Shown here: in pieces, positions 34,316 through 40,771 of the stretch | Numbering within the stretch: the stretch's first letter is position 1 | How the letters are laid out: every line of letters starts with the position of its first letter | DNA from: a virus | Taxonomy: Duplodnaviria > Caudoviricetes | IMG/VR virus record: IMGVR_UViG_3300044998_000126 | Coordinates: 1 to 40,771 of that record | Length of the DNA stretch: 40,771 nucleotides | Reading direction: 5' to 3' (one strand) | Translations under genes and position numbers: made by a program | Notes under the pieces: model-generated | The model's input: only the letters and a program-made list of their open reading frames with translations | Told to the model about the DNA's origin: nothing | Databases searched by the model: none

Positions 34316-35361
34316 GACAGTTCTCCTTGTTGCTTGAGTGGCGCAGCGGTAGGCGGCGCGGGCATGCAGTCCAGATATGCGCGGATCACTTCCGCCGCGA
34401 GCGGGGGGACGATGGCATTACCGTAGGCGCGCAGGCGTCCCACTCTGGCGGGAACCCCATGAGCCAGCAGGCGAATTGAGGGTTCAACGCGCCGGGCTTT
34501 TCCGTCGTGGCCGATGATCCAGCCGTGGTTGCCCCAATGGCCGCGCTCGACAGATAGAGGCCGTGGCGACCGTCCAGTTGTGATGGTGGAATCTTCGTCG
34601 TGCGGTTCTCGTTGGCCGATGCCCTCGCCGTCGGCCGCAGCGCCATCGCCACCTGTTGCGGCAGTGGGTGACCCGTGTCGTGCGGCCTCACTGTTCCGAT
34701 GCCGCGTCGGCCATCCGTCGCGGTCGGCGACACCCACAGCGCGCGCGGCGTGTTCTGCGCGATCCAGTAGACCTGGCGCGGCAGCAGGTCCAGCCGACTC
34801 GCCCCGTCCTTGCGCGGAGCGAAGGACATGCCCGGCGAATCCTTGTGATCCCGTGTCGTAGGCGTGGGCCACAAACCAGAGTCGATCCCTTCGGTGGGGC
34901 GCGTCGGCGGCACAAGCCGGGACAACGACCGCCCCGCAGGCGTAACCGACGCCTTCCATGTCAGCAAACACTCCGTCGAGCCAGTCCTTGCCAACCGCTG
35001 CCGCAACCTGCTCTCCCATGATGACAGCGGGCCGTCGGGCACTGGCGAGGCGAAATAGGTGGGGCCACAGGTGCCGGTCGTCAGCTTGGGCTTTGCCTTT
35101 TCCCGCGACGGAGAAAGGCTGGCAGGGCGGGCTGCCGGTCCACAGTTCGCGGTCGTCGGGCCATCCGGCAAGGCGGGCGGCGAGTGCCCATCCGCCGATG
35201 CCGGCGAAGAAATGGCATTGCGTGAATCCGGCGAGGTCGCCGGGCTGCACATCGACGATACTGCGTTCATCTACTTCCCCGTGCGGGATCAGGTTGTTGG
35301 AAATCAGGTTGCGCAGCCACAGGGCCGCATATGGATCATGTTCGTTGTAGTAGGCGGTCAT
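34312..35361 (-). CDS. C5-cytosine DNA methyltransferase, main (alpha) chain (start ATG 35361)
   Basis: FFAGIGG (motif I), GSPPCQPFS (IV), EQV (VI), APHRRDRLWFV (VIII), RLRAYGNAIV (X). Confidence 0.9.
   Translation of the reverse strand: MTAYYNEHDPYAALWLRNLISNNLIPHGEVDERSIVDVQPGDLAGFTQCHFFAGIGGWALAARLAGWPDDRELWTGSPPCQPFSVAGKGKAQADDRHLWPHLFRLASARRPAVIMGEQVAAAVGKDWLDGVFADMEGVGYACGAVVVPACAADAPHRRDRLWFVAHAYDTGSQGFAGHVLRSAQGRGESAGPAAAPGLLDRAEHAARAVGVADRDGWPTRHRNSEAARHGSPTAATGGDGAAADGEGIGQREPHDEDSTITTGRSPRPLSVERGHWGNHGWIIGHDGKARRVEPSIRLLAHGVPARVGRLRAYGNAIVPPLAAEVIRAYLDCMPAPPTAAPLKQQGELS
34386..35270 (-). CDS. Alternative-frame (beta) chain of the C5 methyltransferase carrying TRD-like repeats and motif IX
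   Basis: WPTPTTRDHKD and WVSPTATDGRRG repeats, LNPQFACWLMGFPPEW; fully nested in the MTase gene. Exact start uncertain. Confidence 0.75.
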   Translation of the reverse strand: MNAVSSMCSPATSPDSRNAISSPASADGHSPPALPDGPTTANCGPAARPASLSPSREKAKPKLTTGTCGPTYFASPVPDGPLSSWESRLRQRLARTGSTECLLTWKASVTPAGRSLSRLVPPTRPTEGIDSGLWPTPTTRDHKDSPGMSFAPRKDGASRLDLLPRQVYWIAQNTPRALWVSPTATDGRRGIGTVRPHDTGHPLPQQVAMALRPTARASANENRTTKIPPSQLDGRHGLYLSSAAIGATTAGSSATTEKPGALNPQFACWLMGFPPEWDACAPTVMPSSPRSRRK

Positions 35362-35654
35362 TCCTTCTGCCCCTTGGTCATGGCGGCCCACCATGCGCGC
35401 ACCTCTTGCGGGTCGTACCACGTGTTGCGCTGCGACGCCGTTTTATGGTCGCCGGTGCTGTAGATGGGCTTCGGTGCGCCCTTGCATCTGGCCAGCTTTG
35501 CCTGCAAGGTCTTGTGCGGAACGCCGAATTCCTCCGCCAGTTCCCGCAAGCTGCGTAGCGGCTTACGTGCGCCACCATTACGCACACGCTGGTAGAACTG
35601 CGGTAGCGTTTCACGCTCGATTGAGGTGCTGATGCTGACTCGCTTGGCTCTCAT
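35358..35654 (-). CDS. HTH/excisionase-like DNA-binding protein
   Basis: LRSLRELAEEFGVPHKTL...WYDPQEVRAWW winged-helix pattern. Confidence 0.7.
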   Translation of the reverse strand: MRAKRVSISTSIERETLPQFYQRVRNGGARKPLRSLRELAEEFGVPHKTLQAKLARCKGAPKPIYSTGDHKTASQRNTWYDPQEVRAWWAAMTKGQKE

Positions 35655-35809
35655 CGCTGCTGCCCCTTTTCCTCAAGCGATGCCGCGCACACCGCCTTGT
35701 AGGCTCTGCGGCCGCACGAAAAGCCCGCCTCGTAGGCTCGACGCAAGGTGTCGAGCAAGCGGAACCAGTCCGCAACCTCTCGCAGCTCATCGACCAACTG
35801 CACGTTCAT
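35651..35809 (-). CDS. 52-aa hypothetical protein (below ORF-track cutoff)
   Basis: MNVQLVDELREVADWF...EEKGQQR*; GGAGG RBS; ATGA coupling to the next gene; fills the operon gap. Confidence 0.6.
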   Translation of the reverse strand: MNVQLVDELREVADWFRLLDTLRRAYEAGFSCGRRAYKAVCAASLEEKGQQR

Positions 35810-36113
35810 TGGTAGTGTCCTCCCGCGCGGCGTCGGCCGCCTCCATGGCCCGCACTGCTTGCCGCCACTGCTCCAGCGCCTTGTGGGCGCTGTCCCACCA
35901 CTTGGAGACGGCGGCGGTGTCGCGCGTCTCCAGCAGCAGGCATTCCAGCTCCAGCGCCAGGCGGGCGCCGGCAGAAAAGAGCGCGTCGGACTGACGCCGC
36001 TGCCGCTCGGCCTCGGCGCAGTGCTGCGTGATGAGCTGGCCCATCGCGCACCGGCGCCAGCCGTCGCGCAGCAGAGCCTCGTAGTAGGCGTCGTCGATGA
36101 CTTGCATGGTCAT
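35787..36113 (-). CDS. Hypothetical protein
   Basis: MTMQVIDDAYYEALL...; colinear in the early operon. Confidence 0.65.
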   Translation of the reverse strand: MTMQVIDDAYYEALLRDGWRRCAMGQLITQHCAEAERQRRQSDALFSAGARLALELECLLLETRDTAAVSKWWDSAHKALEQWRQAVRAMEAADAAREDTTNERAVGR

Positions 36114-36132
36114 TCCCCCACCGCGCGCGGCT

Positions 36133-36474
36133 TCATGCCGCGCTCCTGCCGCGTTTCTTGACGCTGGACGCATCCAGCACCCACACGCGCGCGATGCCAT
36201 CCTCGGTCTTTTGCTTGTAGCGCACGGCCCAGCGCTTGCCCTTGCGGTCTGCGATCTTCTGGATCGCGCAGGCCACGGCCTGGGCCTTCAGCCCATCGGC
36301 CACCTGTATGCAGGAGCCGATGGAGAGCTTTTCAAACAGCGCGTCGTACTTGCTGCTGACCGTGCGCCTGGGCATCGGCTCCTTGGTGATGGCCAGCACG
36401 AAGTCCGGCAGATCGGGGTCGCGGAACGGGCTCTTGCCCGCGAAGGTGGTTTTGGGTTTGGTGCTCACGATCAA
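36133..36474 (-). CDS. Hypothetical basic protein (start 36474 or GTG 36468)
   Basis: SKYDALFEKLSIGSCI...ARVW motif; follows ssb. Confidence 0.7.
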   Translation of the reverse strand: MIVSTKPKTTFAGKSPFRDPDLPDFVLAITKEPMPRRTVSSKYDALFEKLSIGSCIQVADGLKAQAVACAIQKIADRKGKRWAVRYKQKTEDGIARVWVLDASSVKKRGRSAA

Positions 36475-36938
36475 AACGGGATGTCGTTGTCCATGTCGTC
36501 AAAGCCGCTGCCGGTGTTGGCCGGCGGGGCTGACGAGGCTCGCTGCGACGGTGCGCTGGGCTGACGATCGGGCGGCGCGGAGGCTTCGCCATCCGACGAG
36601 CCGTTGGCATCGCGCCCGGAGAGCATCTTCATCTCGCTGGCCCGGATCTCGACCGAGGTGCGCTCGATGCCGTCCTGGCCGGTGTATTTGCGGTGGACCA
36701 TCTTGCCCTCAATGTAGACGAGCGCGCCCTTTTTCAGGTACTCGCCGGCGATCTCGCCAAGCTTTCCCCAGCAGCTCACGCGGTGCCAGGTCGTGTCCTC
36801 GGTGACTTCGCCGGTCTCCTTGTTCTTGCGGCGCTCGCTGGTCGCCACGGAAAACACCGCGACGGCATCCCCGCTGGGCATGTAGCGCACTTCCGGGTCG
36901 CGCCCGACCCGGCCGATGATGGTCGCCTTGTTCAGCAT
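36471..36938 (-). CDS. ssb: Single-stranded DNA-binding protein
   Basis: LNKATIIGRVGRDPEVRY...TTWHRV...EYLKKGALVYIEGK...DDMDNDIPF. Confidence 0.96.
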   Translation of the reverse strand: MLNKATIIGRVGRDPEVRYMPSGDAVAVFSVATSERRKNKETGEVTEDTTWHRVSCWGKLGEIAGEYLKKGALVYIEGKMVHRKYTGQDGIERTSVEIRASEMKMLSGRDANGSSDGEASAPPDRQPSAPSQRASSAPPANTGSGFDDMDNDIPF

Positions 36939-37375
36939 CAGAAGAGCCCTTTTAGGTTGGGTTTGGAGTAGTATTGGCCTTTGGCGACCTTGCCGCGGGC
37001 GTCCCGGACCGGCTTGCCGTCCACGAATTTCGACCAGTTCGACCTGTCCACCTCAACTAGCGCATCTTCGATGCGCATGCCCGCGCAGTGCGCCACCCCT
37101 ACCGCGGTCACGATCTGGTCGCAGATGGCGTCGAGCGCTTCCTTGCGGTTGCCGATCGTCACTTCATACTCGCCGGACTTGATCCGGTCGGCCAGCTGGT
37201 GCATCAGGGCGCGCGCCCCGGTCAATGCGGTTGCGCCGTCAGGGTTCAGGCCGATGAGGCTGTCCAGGAACTCCGCGACTTCCTCGACGTGCACGCCGAT
37301 CTGGACGCGAAGATCAGCCTCGGTCGGCGCCGGGCGCGCGGCCTGGTGCCAGGCGTTGATGGATGCGATGCTCAC
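36938..37375 (-). CDS. MazG-like / PRA-PH nucleoside triphosphate pyrophosphohydrolase (GTG start 37375)
   Basis: EEVAEF...EALDAICDQIVT...EVDRSNWSKF...GKVAKGQYYSKPNL. Confidence 0.85.
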   Translation of the reverse strand: MSIASINAWHQAARPAPTEADLRVQIGVHVEEVAEFLDSLIGLNPDGATALTGARALMHQLADRIKSGEYEVTIGNRKEALDAICDQIVTAVGVAHCAGMRIEDALVEVDRSNWSKFVDGKPVRDARGKVAKGQYYSKPNLKGLF

Positions 37376-37761
37376 GCTTTGCCCTCCGACAACTTGCTGC
37401 GCAGTTCGTAACCCATCAGCGGCCATATCTGTTCGACCGCTTTCTCGCGGGCAATCTTGCGGCCGATCTCGTCGTTGAAGTTCTCCGGGCTGGCGCATGC
37501 GCTGTGGCCGACGACGGTGAAGCCGTTGCGCAGTACCAGGACGCAGAAGGTCAGCAGGTCCAGGGCCACCAGGTCCGCGTCTTTGTGCCGCGGCCGCTCT
37601 CGACCGACATACGTGCCATCTGCGATCGCCCCTCGCCGGCCGTCTCGTGCTGTGAAGTAGTGCTCGCTTGCGATATTCGCCTCGATGTCCGCAGGCGTGA
37701 TGCGCGGGGCCACGTTGGCGCCGGCTGCTTGAATCTCTTTCTCGATGTCGTCGTTGCTCAT
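37372..37761 (-). CDS. Phage Gp49/Sf6 gp66-family protein (Acb4-like nucleotide sponge candidate)
   Basis: APRITPADIEANI...LTFCVLVLRNGFTVVGHSACASPENFNDEIGRKIA...IWPLMGYEL family signature. Confidence 0.85.
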   Translation of the reverse strand: MSNDDIEKEIQAAGANVAPRITPADIEANIASEHYFTARDGRRGAIADGTYVGRERPRHKDADLVALDLLTFCVLVLRNGFTVVGHSACASPENFNDEIGRKIAREKAVEQIWPLMGYELRSKLSEGKA

Positions 37762-37946
37762 GGTGCTGCTCGTTGCTGGTTGAAACGCCGCCTTCCCAGG
37801 ATTGGCCCTCAATGACTTGCGGCCTGCCGGGCTTTGATCTACTCCGATGCGTGTCTCATTCGCGGGCGCGATCGGTTCGACATCCTGGGCTGTGCCCCAC
37901 GCGGCGGTGGGCGCGGGCAAAGGTTTGGCCGGTCCCGCTTTGGGTG

Positions 37947-38771
37947 TTACGGGCGGCCCGTGTAGTCGCCAATCAGGACCGGGCAGGCGTCACCGACTGC
38001 GGCGCGCACCTTGTCGGCCAGCTCCTGGGCCATCTGCTCTTCGTGCAGCTCGACGTTGACGATGCGCAGGGTGATGGCGGGCTTGTCACTGGTGCGGATG
38101 CCCAGGCGCATCACGAACAGCCGGTTTTCAAATCCCTGGTAGGGCTCACAGCGGAAATAGATCGTCGTCGGCAGCGGATCTTTGCTGCTGGCGGTCACGG
38201 CCTCAAAAGTGGATTTGCTGGCGCTCAGCTGCTGCTCGCTCGCCTCCACCTTGCGCAGGCCCTCGATGGTGATGTTGCGCACGGCGGCGATGGCGTGCTT
38301 GAGCGTCACCTCGCCCTCGTCCTTGAAGCAGCTGATGTGTGGTGCCCAGTCCTCCAAGAACTCGGCCACCCGCGTCTGGTCGAGCGCCTGGCCTTGTGCG
38401 ACTGCTCGCAGGGCAGCATAGGCAGCAGTGGTGTCGGGCTTGATCTGCGCCCGGTTGTCGGCGTGGCCGGGGGCGTCTGGCGTGCCCAGGTTCAGCACGG
38501 CATTGGCCACCATGGACTTGCCGGAGACGAACACCGTGGCGCCGGCCTCTGCGTTTCGAGTCACGTAGAGGGCGAAGTCTTGGATGCTGCTGGTTTCCAT
38601 CATGCCGCGCGCCCGACGCCGGTTGGGCATGAACTTTTCGAGGTCGTGCAGGGTGAAATGGTTGGGCAGGCTGACCAGCTTATGGCTGGTGTAGGCCTCG
38701 ATTACGGCGCTGCTGGCTTCTAGGATGCCGCCGCCGTATTGCAGGGCTTCGATGGCTTCTTTGTCGAACAT
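37947..38771 (-). CDS. DUF2303/YfdQ-family protein (start ATG 38771)
   Basis: DLEKFMPNRRRARG...AVLNLGTPDAPGHADN...AEFLEDW...FRCEPYQG. Confidence 0.85.
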   Translation of the reverse strand: MFDKEAIEALQYGGGILEASSAVIEAYTSHKLVSLPNHFTLHDLEKFMPNRRRARGMMETSSIQDFALYVTRNAEAGATVFVSGKSMVANAVLNLGTPDAPGHADNRAQIKPDTTAAYAALRAVAQGQALDQTRVAEFLEDWAPHISCFKDEGEVTLKHAIAAVRNITIEGLRKVEASEQQLSASKSTFEAVTASSKDPLPTTIYFRCEPYQGFENRLFVMRLGIRTSDKPAITLRIVNVELHEEQMAQELADKVRAAVGDACPVLIGDYTGRP

Positions 38772-38805
38772 GGGTAAATCCTTGTGCTTTGGGCTTGATG
38801 CTGGA

Positions 38806-39165
38806 TCAGTCCGCGATCCGGGTTTGGCGGCTGTCCTCCAAGAGGGACGGCTGAGCCAGAGACAGGCAGCCGTACTTGCCCACATGCAGGACGGTGGCGC
38901 CGCTGGTTTCCTCGCTGGCGCTGCCCATGCTGGTGGGCTTTTTGAACTTCACGTCATGTTGAAGTCGCACCTGGGTCGTGCCCTGGATGCGCTCGATCTT
39001 GAACTTGATGTTCACCTCGCCCACCTTGCCGTGATCGACGGCGGCCGCGGCCGTCTCGCTTAGCGCCTGGGACAAGATGCGTTCAAACATGCCGCCATCG
39101 AGGTCGGTGATGAACTCGGGGACATCGGTGGCCGCGGATGCCGGCCGGTTTGCTGTGGTGCTCAT
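38806..39165 (-). CDS. YfdP-like conserved prophage protein (usual partner of DUF2303)
   Basis: TDVPEFITDLDGGMFE...GEVNIKF...LHVGKYGCLSL; AAGGAG RBS. Confidence 0.8.
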   Translation of the reverse strand: MSTTANRPASAATDVPEFITDLDGGMFERILSQALSETAAAAVDHGKVGEVNIKFKIERIQGTTQVRLQHDVKFKKPTSMGSASEETSGATVLHVGKYGCLSLAQPSLLEDSRQTRIAD

Positions 39166-39247
39166 GTGGTACTCCTTGATGAGCGGTTGAGGGGAATCGT
39201 TACGCCGTTTTCCTCAATGGCTGTGAATAGAAGCCTGCCGCGCCTCT

Positions 39248-40771
39248 TCAGCCCTGAGCGGCGCAGCAGAGGAGGTGGTCGGCCAAGCGGCGGATGACGT
39301 GGGGGATGGCCTCTGCCGTCAGGGGTGTGTCGATGCCCAGCTCCGCAAGGCCCGCCTCGTCGATGCGCAGCGGGTGGATCGCGGCGTTGATCTGGCCGAT
39401 GGTGAGGTGGGAGGTGGCCGGAATCGAACCGGCCCCACGGGTTAGCGGCCCGTTGCCCGCGTTCGCCGCCGACGTCGCTGCGGCTGCCATCGGGTACCCC
39501 TGCGGCACGGCAGTACTACCGCCCGCAGCGAAGGCGCATCCAGCGCCACCCCCCTTGATCTCCTGCTCGCGCAGCCGCTGCGCCTCGGCGATCTTGCGCT
39601 GGCGCTCGGCGTGCTCGGCCACGCGCTGCGCGATGATGCCGCGCAGCGCCTCCTCGCTCAGCTCGCGGCACAGGCGCGGCGCATCCGGCCACAGGTTGCC
39701 GTGTTCCTCGATGGCCTGGCTGACGACGGCCATGTTGGCGCGCACGAACCGAGCCAGCTCATCCGCATCGATCTTGTACCGTGCTACCTCCGCATCCAGC
39801 GCGTCGGCCATGGATTGCAGGGACTTCTTGCCCTTGATGACCGCACCAAGGTCGGCGGTCAGGCTGGCCGGGATGCCGGGCGCGTAGTCGCCCAGGTCGG
39901 CGGCGATGTCCTGGTAGTGCGCGCGCACGCGCTGCACGGCTTGCTGTACCAGGTCTGCGCGGATCTGCTCCTTGCGCGTCTTGACCGCTTTCTCCAGCGC
40001 CAGCCGCGCCTGCCGAATCGACTCGGACACAGTGTCTGCCGTGCGCAGCACCGCCTCCACGTCGGCCATCTGCGCGATGGCCTGCTCCTTGGCGGCCTTG
40101 ATGCGGGCCTCGGCGTCGCTGCACGCCTTGGCCGCAGCCTCGGCGTCGGCGAAGTCCTGGTCGTCCTTGAGGTCGGACGGCTTGGGCAGCCGCGCCAGGA
40201 ACGCATCCGCCCCGGCGCGGAAGGCGTCGAGGTTGGAGGCCACCACGCGGCCCTCCACGCGCAGCACCAGCGTGCCGAAGCCTTCGACCGGCTTGGCCTG
40301 CACGGGCTCCGGCTCGGGCCGGAAGTTGGTCATGTCCGGGTCGTTCAGGTCGCGCTGGAACTGCCTCCAGCCTTCGATGAGCGCCTTGCGGCGCTCGGGC
40401 TTGCTGGTGTACCAGCAGTGGGCCGGGGGCTCGCTTTCGTCTCCGCAGGTGAACAGAATGCGGTCGGCGCCGGACACCAGCATCTGCTGTTCCAGTTGCC
40501 ATACGTGGTGGATGGGTGGCTCGCCGTGCTGTTCAATGTGCGCGATCGTCGAGGCGTTGCGCAGTTTGTTTTCCCAGCCGATGTCGCCCGTCATGGTCAG
40601 GCCGTCCATGCTGGCCAGCAGCTTGATGCCGTCAACCTCGGTGGTGATCGTGGCGGGGAACAGTTCTTCACCGATCATGGCTTCTGCCACCGGGCGCATG
40701 GCCGCCTCGGCACGGTGGCCGTCGTCGAACCGGCTCTGGGTGGCAGCGTCCACGTCCGGCACCAGGCCGGT
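39248..40771 (-). CDS. YqaJ-like viral recombinase exonuclease fused to a long coiled-coil region (5'-truncated)
   Basis: FDDGHRAE, LLASMDGL, WENK, WQLEQQMLVSGA motifs; frame open to the window edge. Confidence 0.9.
   Translation of the reverse strand, partial: TGLVPDVDAATQSRFDDGHRAEAAMRPVAEAMIGEELFPATITTEVDGIKLLASMDGLTMTGDIGWENKLRNASTIAHIEQHGEPPIHHVWQLEQQMLVSGADRILFTCGDESEPPAHCWYTSKPERRKALIEGWRQFQRDLNDPDMTNFRPEPEPVQAKPVEGFGTLVLRVEGRVVASNLDAFRAGADAFLARLPKPSDLKDDQDFADAEAAAKACSDAEARIKAAKEQAIAQMADVEAVLRTADTVSESIRQARLALEKAVKTRKEQIRADLVQQAVQRVRAHYQDIAADLGDYAPGIPASLTADLGAVIKGKKSLQSMADALDAEVARYKIDADELARFVRANMAVVSQAIEEHGNLWPDAPRLCRELSEEALRGIIAQRVAEHAERQRKIAEAQRLREQEIKGGGAGCAFAAGGSTAVPQGYPMAAAATSAANAGNGPLTRGAGSIPATSHLTIGQINAAIHPLRIDEAGLAELGIDTPLTAEAIPHVIRRLADHLLCCAAQG
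39405..39554 (-). ncRNA. tRNA-like structured RNA embedded in the YqaJ coding sequence
   Basis: Acceptor-like GGGGGGTG/CACCTCCC, D-like GCGC-TGGAT-GCGC, 9-bp TCGCTGCGG/CCGCAGCGA stem, ACGGG/CCCGT hairpin, canonical T-arm GCCGG-TTCGATT-CCGGC. Confidence 0.6.

Noticed and set aside
39405-39554. Calling the element a canonical tRNA gene or an attP site
   Set aside because: No 7-nt anticodon loop, ~150 nt long, 3' end ACCT rather than NCCA, located inside a CDS with no integrase nearby; kept only as tRNA-like.

Overview
A GC-rich segment of a podovirus-type phage genome (lytic or prophage status cannot be decided here). It has an N4-gp56-family major capsid protein, and its organisation resembles Bcep22/DC1-like betaproteobacterial phages (inference). 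The + strand (1-31262) is the late virion module: partial portal, an intercalated lysis cassette (GH108 endolysin, holin, Rz/Rz1), scaffold, a CsrA-like protein, capsid, adaptors, a tail fibre plus Gly-rich adhesin, nozzle, GNAT, two ejection proteins and a ~4130-aa polyvalent DarB-like protein. The - strand (31362-40771) is an early/accessory operon: YqaJ exonuclease, YfdP/YfdQ, a Gp49/Acb4-like protein, MazG-like hydrolase, SSB, a two-frame C5 methyltransferase and PrtN. The two arms meet at a bidirectional terminator. Best leads: (1) RBS-bearing genes overprinted in the +1 frame inside the linkers of the giant protein; (2) a ~150-nt tRNA-like cloverleaf embedded in frame in the YqaJ gene; (3) a CsrA homologue directly upstream of a capsid leader with GGA-loop hairpins and an apparent AUA start; (4) an exact 16-mer, CGTGGCAAGCATGGCA, in front of four late gene blocks. 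All family calls come from motif recognition by eye; no database search was run.
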